64,000 nucleotides of DNA from Oopsacas minuta (lineage: Eukaryota > Animalia > Porifera), in NCBI GenBank assembly GCA_024704765.1, contig JAKMXF010000110.1:620001-684000 (forward strand). The letters run 5' to 3'. The position numbers and the translations under genes were made by a program. The notes under the pieces are model-generated. The model was not told the origin of the DNA, did not search any database, and saw only the letters and a list, made by a program, of their open reading frames with translations. Shown here one piece after another: positions 1-10,002 of this stretch; position 1 is the stretch's first letter, and each line of letters begins with the position of its first letter.

Positions 1-46
1 CCTTGAATATATTAATTATTATAATTCTATAGAACTCACAAAGAAC

Positions 47-1228
47 ATGGCAGTAGAACCAGATGACAATGAACTTACGCTATACACACAAGTGGAGATC
101 GATGATAAAGAAGAAATCAGCTATCGTGGTTACAAGAAAGACTATTTATCTCAGAATCTAACTGAAATGGAGTATCAGTTAATAATATGTCCATTATGTA
201 AAGGCATAATGAGGGATGCGTGTGCCTATCAAGGAGAAATAACCTGTATGCTCTGTAGCCAAGATAATACTAACCACAACCCTGTTATTCGAATAAGGGA
301 ATTGGTCGCGAAACTAGGTATAAAGTGTCCACTTTTGAGAGAATGTAATTGGACAGGAGAGTTAATTGGAGCGGAGGATCATTTACTTATATGTGAAAGT
401 TCATTAATTTTGTGTCCTCTGGAGTGTAAAAGTGTGGTAAAAAGGTGTGAAATAGATACACATACGGGAGACCAATGTGAACTAAGAAAAGTGGAATGTG
501 AATTTTGTAAGAAAATTCTTCCGTTTCGCGGACTGATCAGCCATCTAGAAATATGTCCCTCTCATCCAATCAAATGCGAGTGTGGTAACGAATTCCAACG
601 TTGCAAACAGGAAGCGCATATTGAGACTGAATGCCCATTGGCTGAAGTGGAATGCCCTTATGCTATTTATAGCTGTGGTGTCGGGAAAATGTTCAGGAAA
701 GAGCTTTTGGCGCACAAAAAAGATTTTTACATCGAGCACCAAGATTTGTTGCAAAGCAAATTTGAAGAAGAAAATCATATTTTAAGGGAAAAGTTGAAAA
801 CGAAAAAAGACCTCGATGGATTTGAATGGGAAATATATAATTTTTCAAATTTTAAATTTGATAAAGACATAGAAGGGCCAACATTTTTCATCGGAAACTA
901 TGAACATGCTTGCGTGTTGCATTTAAGTGAGAAATTAAATATTAAGATCTTGAGGCTGCATTTCAATCCAAAAGAACGAATGGAAATTTACATAATCGAG
1001 TGCAGATTAGTAATCGACAAAACGATCGAAACACAAGAATCATACTTCGAAACGAAAATGTTTACGAAAAGAATTCCAATTGCAAATATGGTTGAGCCAC
1101 TATTCGCGTTAGATAAAACTTTGTATTCAAAATATATTCAAAAAGATGGCTGTCTTCGTATCAAAATGTACTTTGATTATGTCAACAGCATACGAAAGAA
1201 AGACAAGGACAAGATTAAAAGTCTGTAA
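47..1228 (+). CDS. TRAF-like protein (half-RING, TRAF zinc fingers, coiled coil, divergent MATH/TRAF domain)
   Basis: 393 aa single ORF; CPLC-x15-CMLC, IKCPLLRECNWTG..HLLIC, repeated C-x2-C...H-x3-C TRAF fingers, DGFEWEI and GPTFFIGNY MATH-like motifs. Confidence 0.85.
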   Translation: MAVEPDDNELTLYTQVEIDDKEEISYRGYKKDYLSQNLTEMEYQLIICPLCKGIMRDACAYQGEITCMLCSQDNTNHNPVIRIRELVAKLGIKCPLLRECNWTGELIGAEDHLLICESSLILCPLECKSVVKRCEIDTHTGDQCELRKVECEFCKKILPFRGLISHLEICPSHPIKCECGNEFQRCKQEAHIETECPLAEVECPYAIYSCGVGKMFRKELLAHKKDFYIEHQDLLQSKFEEENHILREKLKTKKDLDGFEWEIYNFSNFKFDKDIEGPTFFIGNYEHACVLHLSEKLNIKILRLHFNPKERMEIYIIECRLVIDKTIETQESYFETKMFTKRIPIANMVEPLFALDKTLYSKYIQKDGCLRIKMYFDYVNSIRKKDKDKIKSL

Positions 1229-1286
1229 TTCAGGACTAGTAACTCACAAGAAAACATTTGAGTTTCATAACTGTTAGTTATATATT

Positions 1287-1414
1287 GTGTAAGATAAAGT
1301 TATATACTTAGAGTGTAAGATAAAGTTATATACTCAGAGTGTAAGATAAAGTTATATACTCAGAGTGTAAGATAAAGTTATATACTCAGAGTGTAAGATA
1401 AAGTTATACTCAGA
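1287..1414. repeat. 26-bp minisatellite (GTGTAAGATAAAGTTATATACTCAGA) x5
   Basis: Four 26-bp units plus one 24-bp unit read directly; no spacers. Confidence 0.95.
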
Positions 1415-1577
1415 GTGAATTATCAAAAGATTGCAAAGCTAGTTAAGAAGCTATTTAGGGCATTATGTAATACCCTAAAGGAATATTTAGTTTCACGATA
1501 GTCTTATAAGCTTAGAAAGAGTAGGATTATCATTTTTGATCTGAAATACGAAGGGTGCATATATTTGTACGGCTACT

Positions 1578-2849
1578 ATGGCAGAGAAAATTGACAGCTC
1601 GATCCCTGATGACGTAGACCAAATACTTTATGTTGAGTTTGAATCTGAAAATCAAACATCCTATCGTGGATATAAATTTGATTATTTAGCTCAGAATCTT
1701 ACAGAAATGGAGCAAACTTTTGTGTTTTGCCCTAAATGTTCTGGAATAATTCGAGAAGCATGTTCTATACAAGATTCGAACCTGTGTTTGGAATGTTGCG
1801 AAAACGAGGAAAATCCAAAACCAGCAAATATGTTGAGAAGTTCTGTTTCAACATTATCAATTAAATGTCCTCTTCTGAGAGATTGTGGTTGGACAGGAAT
1901 ACTTATTGATAGTGTCAAACATTTGAAAGAATGTCGTGTTTTCCTTGTGGAGTGTTCTCTGGAATGTGGTGCTGTGATCAAAAGGTGTGAAATTGAAGAC
2001 CACATTCACAATCATTGTCCCAATCGAACTGCAAGCTGTCTATTTTGTGATGAAATACGTCTTCATAAATTCATACCAGGACATCTCATCGTTTGTCATG
2101 CTTATCCGGTCAAATGCATTTGTGGAAGTGAAACACGTCGTGATCAACATGATATACATATTGAGACTGAATGCCCATTGGCTAAAATAGAATGTCCGTA
2201 TGCTAAATATAGCTGCAATATTGGTGCTATTTTTAGAAAAGATCTATTAACTCACAAAAGAGAATTCTTCATAGAACACCAAGACATGATTGAACAGGAA
2301 AACTGTAAGCTGAAAGAAGAACTATATCAGTTGAAAGAAGAACAATATCAGTTGAAAGATAATCACCATAACCTTGAGGGAAGGTGCAATGACCTCTGGA
2401 AACGAGAAAGCGCTTTGAAACAAGAATATTTTCAAATGAAACAATCGTTGAGGCTTAAGAAACAGCTATATGGGATTGAAATCAGTGTTAGGCCAACTCA
2501 ATCGGAAACTACCAGAGAAGTATTCAATATTGGTAGCTACAGATTCAATTGTATTGTGAGTGTCCAAGACTCAATAAATATCGAATTAATGAGGCTATCT
2601 TCAAGTTTTGGTAATGACAAAAATGTCATTTGCATTACTGACTGTGTAGTCTGTCTAAAAGGAACAAAACAGGTGAATGAACCTTTCTCTACCAACATAC
2701 AACTGTCTTCAAGAGCAGTTATTGGAGGAACCATCTCTATTATGGAAATAAGAAGACGCATTTTTTCATTGTTTATCCAACCAGATGGCACACTGGATAT
2801 GAGTGTGTACTTCGACTATGACTATGTAACATACAAGGGATTATTCTAG
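1578..2849 (+). CDS. TRAF-like protein
   Basis: 423 aa; YRGYKFDYLAQNLTEME, CPKC-x15-CLEC, TRAF fingers, coiled coil with a duplicated heptad (ELYQLKE/EQYQLKD), MATH-like C-terminus. Confidence 0.85.
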   Translation: MAEKIDSSIPDDVDQILYVEFESENQTSYRGYKFDYLAQNLTEMEQTFVFCPKCSGIIREACSIQDSNLCLECCENEENPKPANMLRSSVSTLSIKCPLLRDCGWTGILIDSVKHLKECRVFLVECSLECGAVIKRCEIEDHIHNHCPNRTASCLFCDEIRLHKFIPGHLIVCHAYPVKCICGSETRRDQHDIHIETECPLAKIECPYAKYSCNIGAIFRKDLLTHKREFFIEHQDMIEQENCKLKEELYQLKEEQYQLKDNHHNLEGRCNDLWKRESALKQEYFQMKQSLRLKKQLYGIEISVRPTQSETTREVFNIGSYRFNCIVSVQDSINIELMRLSSSFGNDKNVICITDCVVCLKGTKQVNEPFSTNIQLSSRAVIGGTISIMEIRRRIFSLFIQPDGTLDMSVYFDYDYVTYKGLF

Positions 2850-2979
2850 CTGTAATCAATGTTTGATAGAATTATTTATGTTGTTTTGGCACTGATATTT
2901 GTGGGATATATTGTCAAATTCCAAGCAATGCATTACGAATGTATACACACAGCATAGAATCAACTAGTAAGAAAAATGC

Positions 2980-3226
2980 AAATATCACCTTTAGTGGAAA
3001 CATATTTCACACCCTATAATCTAATTATAGAACACTTTCATATGCAAGGTGATATTCTTACGGAGACAGGGTTTGCATATCTTCTCAACCAGCGTGAATA
3101 TAGGCTTGTACTTCCGACTAATGCTATTATTCGCCACCCCTGTTTCAGTGTAGAAATCTTTCTTCTCAGATTGTATTAGCAATTGGTACTGAGTTATGTA
3201 CATATCACCCTCAGCTATCACTGCCA
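2980..3226 (-). pseudogene. Inverted 3' fragment of the TRAF-like gene at 4874-6049
   Basis: IAEGDMYITQYQLLIQSEKKDFYTETGVANNSI..YKPIFTLVEKI..VFYN* is near-identical to the last ~65 aa of 4874-6049, and 3'UTR homology continues; no N-terminal part. Confidence 0.85.
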
Positions 3227-3371
3227 ACATCAATAACTTGTCCGACACGCAACTTACATAATTTGCTCCCTGGTGATTGTCCCAATTTTTATTTAATCCT
3301 GTAATAGACCCTCTCTCGCCCTTGAAAGGTAAAGGAAAACAGATTAAAATATGATAAAATATTAGTGTTAT

Positions 3372-4538
3372 TCACAAGGGAGAATATTTCAGGAGAATAA
3401 ATCCTTTGTAAGTTATATAGTCATGATCAAAGAATAATTTCAAATAAATTTTTCCATCTGGTTGAATGTATCTTCGGTAAATACTTCTTTCCAATGCATA
3501 CAGAAATATACAATCATTTTTTATCATTTGAGAATACAGCCTTTCCTTCCATACGAATGGGTTCTCAGAAGGTGCAGTTTCTTCTAAAAGCATTCTAAAT
3601 TCAGTTATACATATAATGTTGCTGTCATTTCTAAAACTGGAAGCTAACCTTTGTACCCAAAATCTCATTGAATTATAAACAACCACTATACACTCGAATT
3701 CATAGCTACCAATTCGGAACACTTTTTTGTGATTCAATTCATCGTTTGGATCTATCTCGAATTCTACACATTCCAAATCTTTCTTACAAGTCAATTCCTT
3801 TCGTAATCGATTGCATTCTCCTTCCAGCATATCCTGGTGTTCTATGTAAAATTCTTTTTTGTGAGCTAATAAGTCTTGTCTGGGTATTTTACCAATTTTG
3901 CAGCTGTATTCAGCATACGGACATCCAATCTTAGTCAATGGGCACTCAGTCTCAATATGCTCTGCTAGTTGCGAACGACTCTTCATAATTCCACACTTAC
4001 ATTTGATGGGATGGGCAGGACAGACTTTCAAATGGTCTGTTAAACCCTTGAAGAGAATTATAATGTCACAATACTGACACTTAACTTCGCGAAGTGGACA
4101 ATCATGTTTTGTGTGGTTTCCAATTTCACATCTCTTGATGACATGGCCACATTCCAGAGGACATTTGACAAGTAAGCTGCCACATTCTTTCAAATGCTCT
4201 TCACCCTCAAGAATCTTTCCAGTCCATTCACAATCTCTCAAAAGTGGACATTTGATTTTCAAATTAGCTACAGATGCCCTAACTTTAGCAACAGGAGCGA
4301 GAGAAGAATTCCCACAGATTTGACATGTGGTATCACCTTGATTGGAAATAGCGTCTCGAGCTAATCCCAAACACTTCGAACAGGACATTAAACTAATTTC
4401 CATGTCAGTCAAATCCTGAGAAAGATAATCAAGCTTAAATCCAAGATAATTACAACTATTATCCTTCTTTTGTTCCACATAAAGTAGTCGCTGAATATTA
4501 TCTGGTACAAGTTTATCTTCTCCCAATTTTACTGCCAT
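3372..4538 (-). CDS. TRAF-like protein
   Basis: 388 aa; GFKLDYLSQDLTDME, CSKC-x15-CQIC, KCPLLRDCEW, TRAF fingers, MATH-like C-terminus. Confidence 0.85.
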   Translation of the reverse strand: MAVKLGEDKLVPDNIQRLLYVEQKKDNSCNYLGFKLDYLSQDLTDMEISLMSCSKCLGLARDAISNQGDTTCQICGNSSLAPVAKVRASVANLKIKCPLLRDCEWTGKILEGEEHLKECGSLLVKCPLECGHVIKRCEIGNHTKHDCPLREVKCQYCDIIILFKGLTDHLKVCPAHPIKCKCGIMKSRSQLAEHIETECPLTKIGCPYAEYSCKIGKIPRQDLLAHKKEFYIEHQDMLEGECNRLRKELTCKKDLECVEFEIDPNDELNHKKVFRIGSYEFECIVVVYNSMRFWVQRLASSFRNDSNIICITEFRMLLEETAPSENPFVWKERLYSQMIKNDCIFLYALERSIYRRYIQPDGKIYLKLFFDHDYITYKGFILLKYSPL

Positions 4539-4873
4539 TTACAATTATAACAAATACAAATGTAAGCATTATTAAACTCAAATACACATTTATGGTTGCA
4601 ATATATATATTGCAATGCAACTACACTTTCGATATTAGGGCATGAAGTAATACCCTACTTAATGTGATCACATCTAACAAGACGAAGAGCAAGGAAATAT
4701 ATTAAATATCTGAATTAATTAGGAAACTAGCATCACTTGAGTTTGGTGAATAATTAGGAGAAGTTATCATTGATTCTTATCATATAATATATTAATTGAA
4801 ATATAATACAACGAGTTTGCTTACAAATAGCAGCGAGGCATAGTTATATGATTTATTATATTAGAAATCCAAA

Positions 4874-6049
4874 ATGGCTGAATTCGAATTAATCCAAGAC
4901 AATATCAGTGAGATTATGTATCTCTCCAAAGGGGAACGAGGGAAAACGGGGGCATTCGGTTATCGGAGGGATTATCTCAATCAGATTCTGAGTCAAGCGG
5001 AGGAGAAATCACTAATCTGTCCGTCGTGTAAAGGAATAGTAAGAGAGGCTTGCAAGAAAACTGGAGTTACAGAATGTAAAAACTGTGGATGGTATGTGGA
5101 CCTTGATAAAGTGGATGGCGTGCGTGAAAAGGTAGCTAAATTGAGCATAAAGTGTCCGCTTATGAGAGAGTGCGGATGGAAAGGGATGCTGTGTGAAGGT
5201 GAAGCACATTTGAAACAGTGTGACAGTTATTTGCTGACGTGTCGGCTGGGCTGTGGTGGAATTATCAAAAGGTGTGAATTTATTAATCATACAGAAGTTA
5301 TTTGCCCATTGCGAGAAGTAAAATGCGAATTCTGCCAAAAAAAATATCTAGCACAAGATTTGCCTGGACATTTTGAAACCTGTCCCGCTCATCCTATCAA
5401 ATGCAAGTGTGGGGAGGAATACAGTCGCGAAGAAGAGGCTGTACACATCCGCACTGAGTGCCCGTTGGGTAAAATTCAATGTCCGTATTATAAGTACAAG
5501 TGTGACGTGGGTATAATACAACGGAAGGACCTTATGACGCATAAACAAGATTACCTTGTTCAGCATCAAGATTTGGTGATCGCATATTTGGAGAAAGAGA
5601 ACACTGAATTGAAAATGCAAATCCAAAATCTCTCAAGCGAAATGCGATTTAAGAAAGAAATGGATAGCTTCGAATGGATCGTAACTATTAAGAAGAATGA
5701 AGATGAATTCCTCAAAGGGGAATGTGATGTCTCAGAGACAGAATATGTAGGCTCTGTAATCACATCAGGGAGCTCTAGGTTCAGATGCATGTTGCGTGTC
5801 GGACAAGTTATCGATGTGTGTATTTGTAAGCTGAACAATAGCATGGCAATGATAGCTGAGGGTGATATGTACATAACTCAGTACCAATTGCTAATACAAT
5901 CTGAGAAGAAAGATTTCTACACTGAAACAGGGGTGGCGAATAATAGCATTGGCAGGAAGTATAAGCCTATATTCACGCTGGTTGAGAAGATATACAAACC
6001 ATGTCTCCGTAAGAATAACACCTTGTATATAAAAGTGTTCTATAATTAG
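4874..6049 (+). CDS. TRAF-like protein
   Basis: 391 aa; GYRRDYL, CPSC-x15-CKNC, TRAF fingers, coiled coil, DSFEWIV MATH start. Confidence 0.85.
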   Translation: MAEFELIQDNISEIMYLSKGERGKTGAFGYRRDYLNQILSQAEEKSLICPSCKGIVREACKKTGVTECKNCGWYVDLDKVDGVREKVAKLSIKCPLMRECGWKGMLCEGEAHLKQCDSYLLTCRLGCGGIIKRCEFINHTEVICPLREVKCEFCQKKYLAQDLPGHFETCPAHPIKCKCGEEYSREEEAVHIRTECPLGKIQCPYYKYKCDVGIIQRKDLMTHKQDYLVQHQDLVIAYLEKENTELKMQIQNLSSEMRFKKEMDSFEWIVTIKKNEDEFLKGECDVSETEYVGSVITSGSSRFRCMLRVGQVIDVCICKLNNSMAMIAEGDMYITQYQLLIQSEKKDFYTETGVANNSIGRKYKPIFTLVEKIYKPCLRKNNTLYIKVFYN

Positions 6050-6293
6050 ATTATAAGGTGTGAAATAAGATCCCACTTTAGGTGATATTTGTTTATATTT
6101 ATGTTTGGATTACTTTTATACTTTTTGTAAATGTAGTGTCTATCAAGTAATGTTTGAATTCTAGTTAAGTTGGAAACAGCTGATTATTTGTTATTATCTG
6201 ATTGTTTGGGTGAATTAGGTTAATCTTGAATAATTTACAAATTTTACTGATTTTAATGTTTTAAATATCACACAAGTATCAATATTATCAAAG

Positions 6294-7574
6294 CTAAAAG
6301 AATACTCCCGTGTAAGTAACATAGTCATAGTCGAAGTATACTCCGATATTCAGTGTGCCATCTGGTTGGATGTGCCGTGAAAATGTAGAGTATTTTATTT
6401 CCATAATAGCATTCGCTTTTCCAATATCTGATTTTAGAAACAGTTGTTTGTTCGTTGAGAAAGGTTCTTTCAAGACTCCTGTTCGCTCTAGACAGACTAC
6501 ACAGAAAGTTATGTAAATGACATTCCTGTCATTTCCAAAGTCTGTAGTTAGCCTCCTTAAAATGATTTTGATTGAATCAACTACAGTCACAATACAGTCG
6601 AATCTGTAACAACCAACATAGAACTCTTGTTTCTTAGATGGCGATTGTCTCGGTATAACACTGATTACAACCCCGTATAACTGTCTTTTAAGCATCAACG
6701 ATTGCTTCATTAGATAACATTCTTGTTTCAAATCACTTTCTCGTTTCTCGAGGTCATTGCATCTTCCCTCAAGGTTGTTGTGCTTATCTTTCAACTGATA
6801 TAGTTCTTCTTTCAGCTTACAGTTTTCCTGTTCAATCATGTCTTGGTGTTCTATGAAGAATTCTCTTTTGTGAGCTAATAGATCTTTTCTAAGAATAGCA
6901 CCAATATTGCAGCTATATTTAGCATACGGACATTCTATCTCAATCTGTGGGCATTCAGTCTCAATATGTAAACTTATTAGACCACGACGTATTTCAAGTC
7001 CACAAAGGCATTTGACCGGATAAGCATGACAAACGGTGAGATGTCTTGGTATGAATTTATGAGGACGTATTTCTTCACAAAATAGACAGCTTACAAGTCG
7101 ATGGGGACAATGATTGTTAATGTGGTTTTCAAGTTCACACCTTTTGATCACAGCACCACATTCCAGTGAACACTCTACAAGGAAAACACGACATTCTTTC
7201 AAATGTTTGACACTATCAATAAGTATTCCTGTCCAACCACAATCTCTCAGAAGAGGACATTTAATCAGCAAATTAGCAACTGAGTTTCTCACCTTAATAA
7301 CAGGATTTGCGTGGTGTTGAGACATCCTACAAGGAAAACAAACAGTTTCGCCATGGGAAGAGCAAGCATCTCGAATTAATCCAGAACACTTCACACAGGA
7401 CATGAAATTCATTTCCATCATTGTCAAATTCTGAAATAAGTAATCGAACCTATATCCCCTGTATTGGGGCAATTCGTTGCTGTCTTTACCAACTTTTGAT
7501 GAGCGTACATGAACATAAAGTATCTTTGAAATATCATCTGCAAGTAACTGTGTGTTAGAAATATTTTCCGCCAT
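6294..7574 (-). CDS. TRAF-like protein, inverted paralog of 1578-2849
   Basis: ATG at 7574 (MAENIS; the track start at 7613 is TTG); CVKC-x15-CFPC; long identical tracts shared with 1578-2849. Confidence 0.85.
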   Translation of the reverse strand: MAENISNTQLLADDISKILYVHVRSSKVGKDSNELPQYRGYRFDYLFQNLTMMEMNFMSCVKCSGLIRDACSSHGETVCFPCRMSQHHANPVIKVRNSVANLLIKCPLLRDCGWTGILIDSVKHLKECRVFLVECSLECGAVIKRCELENHINNHCPHRLVSCLFCEEIRPHKFIPRHLTVCHAYPVKCLCGLEIRRGLISLHIETECPQIEIECPYAKYSCNIGAILRKDLLAHKREFFIEHQDMIEQENCKLKEELYQLKDKHNNLEGRCNDLEKRESDLKQECYLMKQSLMLKRQLYGVVISVIPRQSPSKKQEFYVGCYRFDCIVTVVDSIKIILRRLTTDFGNDRNVIYITFCVVCLERTGVLKEPFSTNKQLFLKSDIGKANAIMEIKYSTFSRHIQPDGTLNIGVYFDYDYVTYTGVFF

Positions 7575-7771
7575 AGATACTCGTAGATTGCAATAGATAT
7601 TCCATTGCCACAACTTTGATTGGAGTTATATACAAAGATTGTTTACACAATTTTGGGTTCATAATAATTAGTAAACACAAACAATAGTGTAAGAAATTTC
7701 TATCAAAAAGTCAACAAATGCGTGTTTATAGTTCAAAAATAAAGAATTAATGTATTTGGCATTCGAAATAT

Positions 7772-9124
7772 TTATTTAATGTGATTCTTTAGGTCAAAGT
7801 AGATAAACATTATTACTGTGTTGTTCGCTTGGGCATGCTTTGTGAAAATATTCTGTGGCACTGTGAAAAGAGAATTGCTATTTTTTCCAACAACTGCTTT
7901 CAAATCCGGCCAAATCTCCTGGAAATATGACGAACTATCGAACTCATTGTTCCCAATTATTAACCGAATCTCCGTAATATACGTTTCATCTTTATCACTA
8001 CCTTTTGGAACCCCGCTCAATCTTGTGATGAGGAACTCGTGAGGTACACCAACTTTCATGGAGCATTGGAATTTGTAATTGCATATGTAGAAAACTGGGC
8101 TCGTCAATTCGCGCGCAAATGTCAACTGATCGAGTTCAATCTTCCACTCAACGCCTTCAAGATCTTTCTTGATTCTCATCTCTGCTTTTAGAAGACTGAG
8201 TTCAACTTTGATGTCATGGTTATCTTTCACTAGTTTGATTTGTTGCTTCTCAAGTTCAAGAATTCGCTGTGCATCGGAATCCTTACTTTCTGAAGTTGAT
8301 CTGTCCAGAAATGAAAATTTCAAATTTTCTTTTCCAGAAGATTGCGGGGTTTTCATCGCCTCCCGTTCATCCAATTTGGCCAAAATCATATCTTGATGCT
8401 CGACGCAAAATTCTTTTTTATGCGTCAAAAGGTCCTTGCGTGCCATAACGCCAACAGAACATCCATACTTGCCAAAAGGACACCTAACTTGTCCAAGAGG
8501 ACATTCTTTATCCACATGTGACCCCAACATGTCCCGTCTACACTTATTGCCACAACCACATTCAATTGGCGAAGCGAAACACATTTCAGAATGAGCGAGT
8601 AGGTCTTTGTATTGAATCTTAATCCTACAAAATTCGCATTGAGTTATACGAAACAAACAATCGTTTTTAAGGTGTAAATCCATATCACACCTTTTAATCA
8701 CAGCGCCACATTCAAGCTGACACCATAAACGGAAATTTCCACATTCCTTAAGATGCTTTTCAGCGTCAAGGAGCTTGCCCACCCAAGCACAATCCTTCAG
8801 TAACGGACACTTTATACCTAATTTTGCAACTGAATTCCTCACTTGATTCACAGGGTTCGGATTCTTTTGGTTTTGGCTACAAAGCATGCAGGTTGTTTCA
8901 CCTTCGGAAGCAATCGCGTCTCGCATTATTCCATTACAAGTTGGACACACTATGAATTGTCGCTCCATTTCACTCAATTCCTTCACCAAATAACTGTCTT
9001 TGTAACCTCGATATTCCAAGATGTACTCCTCCCCGAATGTTCCCCATAGCTTAACGCCTCTATTCTCGCACTGTACGTACAGTTTAGGATCCAAATCGTC
9101 TGGCGCTTCGAATAGAGAATCCAT
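7772..9124 (-). CDS. TRAF-like protein
   Basis: 450 aa; CPTC-x15-CMLC, TRAF fingers, DLEGVEWKI and SPVFYICNYKF MATH motifs. Confidence 0.85.
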   Translation of the reverse strand: MDSLFEAPDDLDPKLYVQCENRGVKLWGTFGEEYILEYRGYKDSYLVKELSEMERQFIVCPTCNGIMRDAIASEGETTCMLCSQNQKNPNPVNQVRNSVAKLGIKCPLLKDCAWVGKLLDAEKHLKECGNFRLWCQLECGAVIKRCDMDLHLKNDCLFRITQCEFCRIKIQYKDLLAHSEMCFASPIECGCGNKCRRDMLGSHVDKECPLGQVRCPFGKYGCSVGVMARKDLLTHKKEFCVEHQDMILAKLDEREAMKTPQSSGKENLKFSFLDRSTSESKDSDAQRILELEKQQIKLVKDNHDIKVELSLLKAEMRIKKDLEGVEWKIELDQLTFARELTSPVFYICNYKFQCSMKVGVPHEFLITRLSGVPKGSDKDETYITEIRLIIGNNEFDSSSYFQEIWPDLKAVVGKNSNSLFTVPQNIFTKHAQANNTVIMFIYFDLKNHIK

Positions 9125-9323
9125 TTTAGATTTGATGTCCTATTACTTTACTATTGAATTGAATTTTGGGTATTAACTGCAATATATATATATTAGTGAC
9201 TATTACTCCTACATTAGTACATATTGAATTACATTAGTAATACAAACACCAGTCTTTTCAATTAGCCCCCTGAAAGTGTGATTAGCACTTCTGTGAAACA
9301 TTATTGAGTTATATTAAGGTAGA

Positions 9324-9378
9324 CAGTGGTACCCTAGCTGCTTGGTGGCCCACGGACGACAGCAGGGGTCAACAGAAT
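9324..9378. mobile_element. hAT-like MITE fragment with CCACGGACGACAGCAGGGGTC core
   Basis: Starts CAGTGGTACCC (resembles CAGTGGTTCCC hAT ends); same core recurs at 24040, 27675 and 56403. Confidence 0.45.
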
Positions 9379-10002
9379 GTGTCAAAATCTTTAGATACGT
9401 GTATATTATTCACTCAGTTTACAAAATACAAGAATAACATAGGTGTTAAGCAACTAGTCGTACAAGACAAGATAAACTAACAGAACTACTTTTGATAGTA
9501 TATGGTGTCAGTTTAGATGCCATCAATAATCACATACAAATTCAATTAGAAATCCTTAGTACTACATTATTGTATGTTACTTATAGTTCTGTAGAAAATG
9601 TTAATCATTTGATAGAAGTATACCTATACTCTTACTCATTAGTTGTAGTCTGAGAAAGCATCTTCTCTAATAAAGTAACAAGTCACTCACTCTTGTATCA
9701 ACACCTCAGAACTTTACGTATCAAAAGTATTACGTACATGCAAATAATCTACTCAGATAATTAATTGACTGATCAACAAGAATTATTAAATATTATAGAT
9801 AACATGCGAATAAAATCAAAGATGTATTAAGCTAACTAGAATAGACAAGATACCTAACGGAACTATTCAAGGTATATTATTTAAGCTTAGAAGGATTTGT
9901 TATTGGTATTTGTTTGGTAAAGAAGTTTGCCCGAGGTTGCTTAATGAAAGGATCAGATGGTGGTTGACGGGTGGGTCTATTTATATCTTGGTTACAGGAC
10001 CT

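Noticed and set aside
1287-1414. CRISPR-like array
   Set aside because: Units are contiguous with no unique spacers, and the context is eukaryotic with no cas genes
1978-1992. AAAAGGTGTGAA as a regulatory motif in TRAF genes
   Set aside because: Within TRAF CDS it simply encodes KRCE; non-coding occurrences belong to dispersed repeats
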